Position numbers and translations under genes: made by a program
DNA from: Planctomycetota bacterium
Lineage (GTDB): Bacteria; Planctomycetota; Planctomycetia; Pirellulales; Pirellulaceae
NCBI GenBank assembly: GCA_024274855.1
Contig: JAJSAJ010000012.1
Span: 1-61,734 of the forward strand
Length of the DNA: 61,734 bases
Direction: 5' to 3'
Shown: positions 60,318-61,734 of the stretch, one piece after another
Position numbering within the stretch: the stretch's first letter is position 1
Layout: each line of letters begins with the position of its first letter
Notes under the pieces: model-generated
What the model was told of the DNA's origin: nothing
What the model saw: the letters and a program-made list of their open reading frames with translations, nothing else
Databases searched by the model: none

Positions 60318-61734
60318 CTAACGTGTCGCCTTCTGTTGCTCCTTACGTTGCTGTTCCAATTGCTCAAGTAGCTTGCGGTAATCCGGCCGGTTCGGCCGCA
60401 TGGCAACCAGTCGTCGCGCGTGGTCCAGCGCCTTGTCCAATTGCTCGTATTTCTGATAGTACAAGACCAGCGCCATCAGAAACTGGTCGTTCGTCGGTTC
60501 CAGACGGCAGGCTGCGTTGAGTGCTTTTTCCGCTTTTTCGATTTCACCGTTCAGATAGAGTGCCAATCCGTAGCGATACTGGATTGCCGCGTGGTCAGGA
60601 AGTAATGACGCATCGCGCGCCAAGCACTGCAACTCGCCGCGGCGGAGTCTCTGAATTTCTTCTGGATAGGCTTTCATACGTTGGGGAAGTCGCTCGGGAC
60701 CGCCGCGTTGAAGCTCTTGCTCCAACGTACGTTCCAAGAGAGCGGCCAGATTCGATCGCGCGCCGGTCAGCGAAGGCTCGACTCGAATCGCGGTGCGGTA
60801 TTCATTCTCTGCCGCCTTGTCCTGCCCGAGTGACTCATAGAGGACCCCCAATGCCATATGGGCGCCGCCACGATCACTCGATTCGTTCACACCGACAATG
60901 TACTCGTCGATCGCACTATCCAGCTTCTCTCGCTGGCTGCCGTTGAGCAACGCGGCGGTCAGGTTCGGAGATAACCGGGCCAGGACATGTCCGGCTTCGG
61001 CCCGTACGTTACGTCGCGGGTCGTCCAACAGCGGCACCAGTTGCCGCGCGAGCGGCGCGAGCTGATCGCGCAACGCGGCCTCCTGTTGTTCGGGCAAACG
61101 CCGTGTTCCGATGTCCGGAATTCGCTCGAAGAAACGGTTGACAGCGGCCATGCGAACCTGCGGGTCCACGTCGCGCAAGGCTTTGAGTTCCGCTGCCAGG
61201 GTCGGTGGATCATCCAGCAGGCCCCGTTGCAGGATCGCGGTTGCCCGAACGATCCCAGGCAACTTTCGGTCCGACGCGACGTCGGCCAACATACGTGCCG
61301 CGTCTGGGTGCTGTTTTCGACCTGCCATCAGCGCATACGCAAAATGCTTCGGCTGGTCCTTCTTGGCCTCATACCACTTCCGCACCGCGTCGTCCGCCCA
61401 CCTGTCGAGCCGTGTCAACTCGCTGGCAATCATCTTGTCCCCGTTACGTGCCGCTTCGATCCAGTCTCGATACTGTGGCAGCTCGGCACGGCGCTTGTCC
61501 GGTATCTCCGCATCGTTCAGGTGGCAGCGAGTGCACGCGTTGGGCAGCCCCAGTGCCACGCTCAGGTCGGTCCGGGGTATTCGAATACTGTGATCTCGGC
61601 GCGGATCGACCTCCATGTAGGCTGTTTCCGGCATGTGGCATTCGACACAAGAGGCCCCCTCGGTCCCCATCTTGTGAAAATGGTGGGCCTCGGAATCGTA
61701 TTTCGCGCCGCTGTGCTGATGGCACGAGGTGCAA
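60318..61734 (-). CDS. Multihaem cytochrome c domain protein with HEAT/TPR repeats; 5' end outside the window
   Basis: CxxCH motifs CTSCH, CVECH and CTRCH. The frame is open to the window edge. The C-terminal half has TPR-like repeats. Confidence 0.7.
   Translation of the reverse strand, partial: CTSCHQHSGAKYDSEAHHFHKMGTEGASCVECHMPETAYMEVDPRRDHSIRIPRTDLSVALGLPNACTRCHLNDAEIPDKRRAELPQYRDWIEAARNGDKMIASELTRLDRWADDAVRKWYEAKKDQPKHFAYALMAGRKQHPDAARMLADVASDRKLPGIVRATAILQRGLLDDPPTLAAELKALRDVDPQVRMAAVNRFFERIPDIGTRRLPEQQEAALRDQLAPLARQLVPLLDDPRRNVRAEAGHVLARLSPNLTAALLNGSQREKLDSAIDEYIVGVNESSDRGGAHMALGVLYESLGQDKAAENEYRTAIRVEPSLTGARSNLAALLERTLEQELQRGGPERLPQRMKAYPEEIQRLRRGELQCLARDASLLPDHAAIQYRYGLALYLNGEIEKAEKALNAACRLEPTNDQFLMALVLYYQKYEQLDKALDHARRLVAMRPNRPDYRKLLEQLEQQRKEQQKATR

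Overview
The window reads as a chromosomal segment of a Planctomycetota-type bacterium. The signs are DUF1559/prepilin-like proteins, a twin-arginine Gfo/Idh/MocA oxidoreductase and many secreted CAZyme-like proteins. GC looks moderately high but was not computed. I can support about 45 protein-coding genes on both strands. Housekeeping genes include purM, mutS, fliG, glgX, galU, rnpA-yidD, nhaA, a DUF47-PiT phosphate pair, a two-gene pyruvate:ferredoxin oxidoreductase and an AdoMet decarboxylase. I recognised no rRNA, tRNA or CRISPR array.

Main observations:
1. A compact minus-strand cassette at 15.0-17.3 kb encodes a ThiF-type E1, a UBC-fold E2 with canonical HPN-x4-G-x2-C spacing, and a 95-aa protein ending in Gly. 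No recognisable JAB or RING partner is present. It lies next to a transposase remnant and a truncated ECF sigma factor.
2. Five conserved genes (CBM9/LamG protein, PFOR alpha, nhaA, rnpA, spermidine-synthase-like membrane protein) each carry one in-frame stop, with conserved sequence continuing in the same frame. All three stop codons are involved.
3. Other point and indel lesions: two apparent stop losses and two 1-nt frameshifts.
4. The glycyl-radical-enzyme locus is decayed.
5. A 128-137 bp palindromic MITE-like element occurs in two inverted copies, each flanked by its own 8-bp direct repeat.
6. Two further dispersed REP-like repeat families and a RAYT-type transposase remnant are present.

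Coordinates of start codons are my best reading of RBS and conservation, and are less certain than stops.
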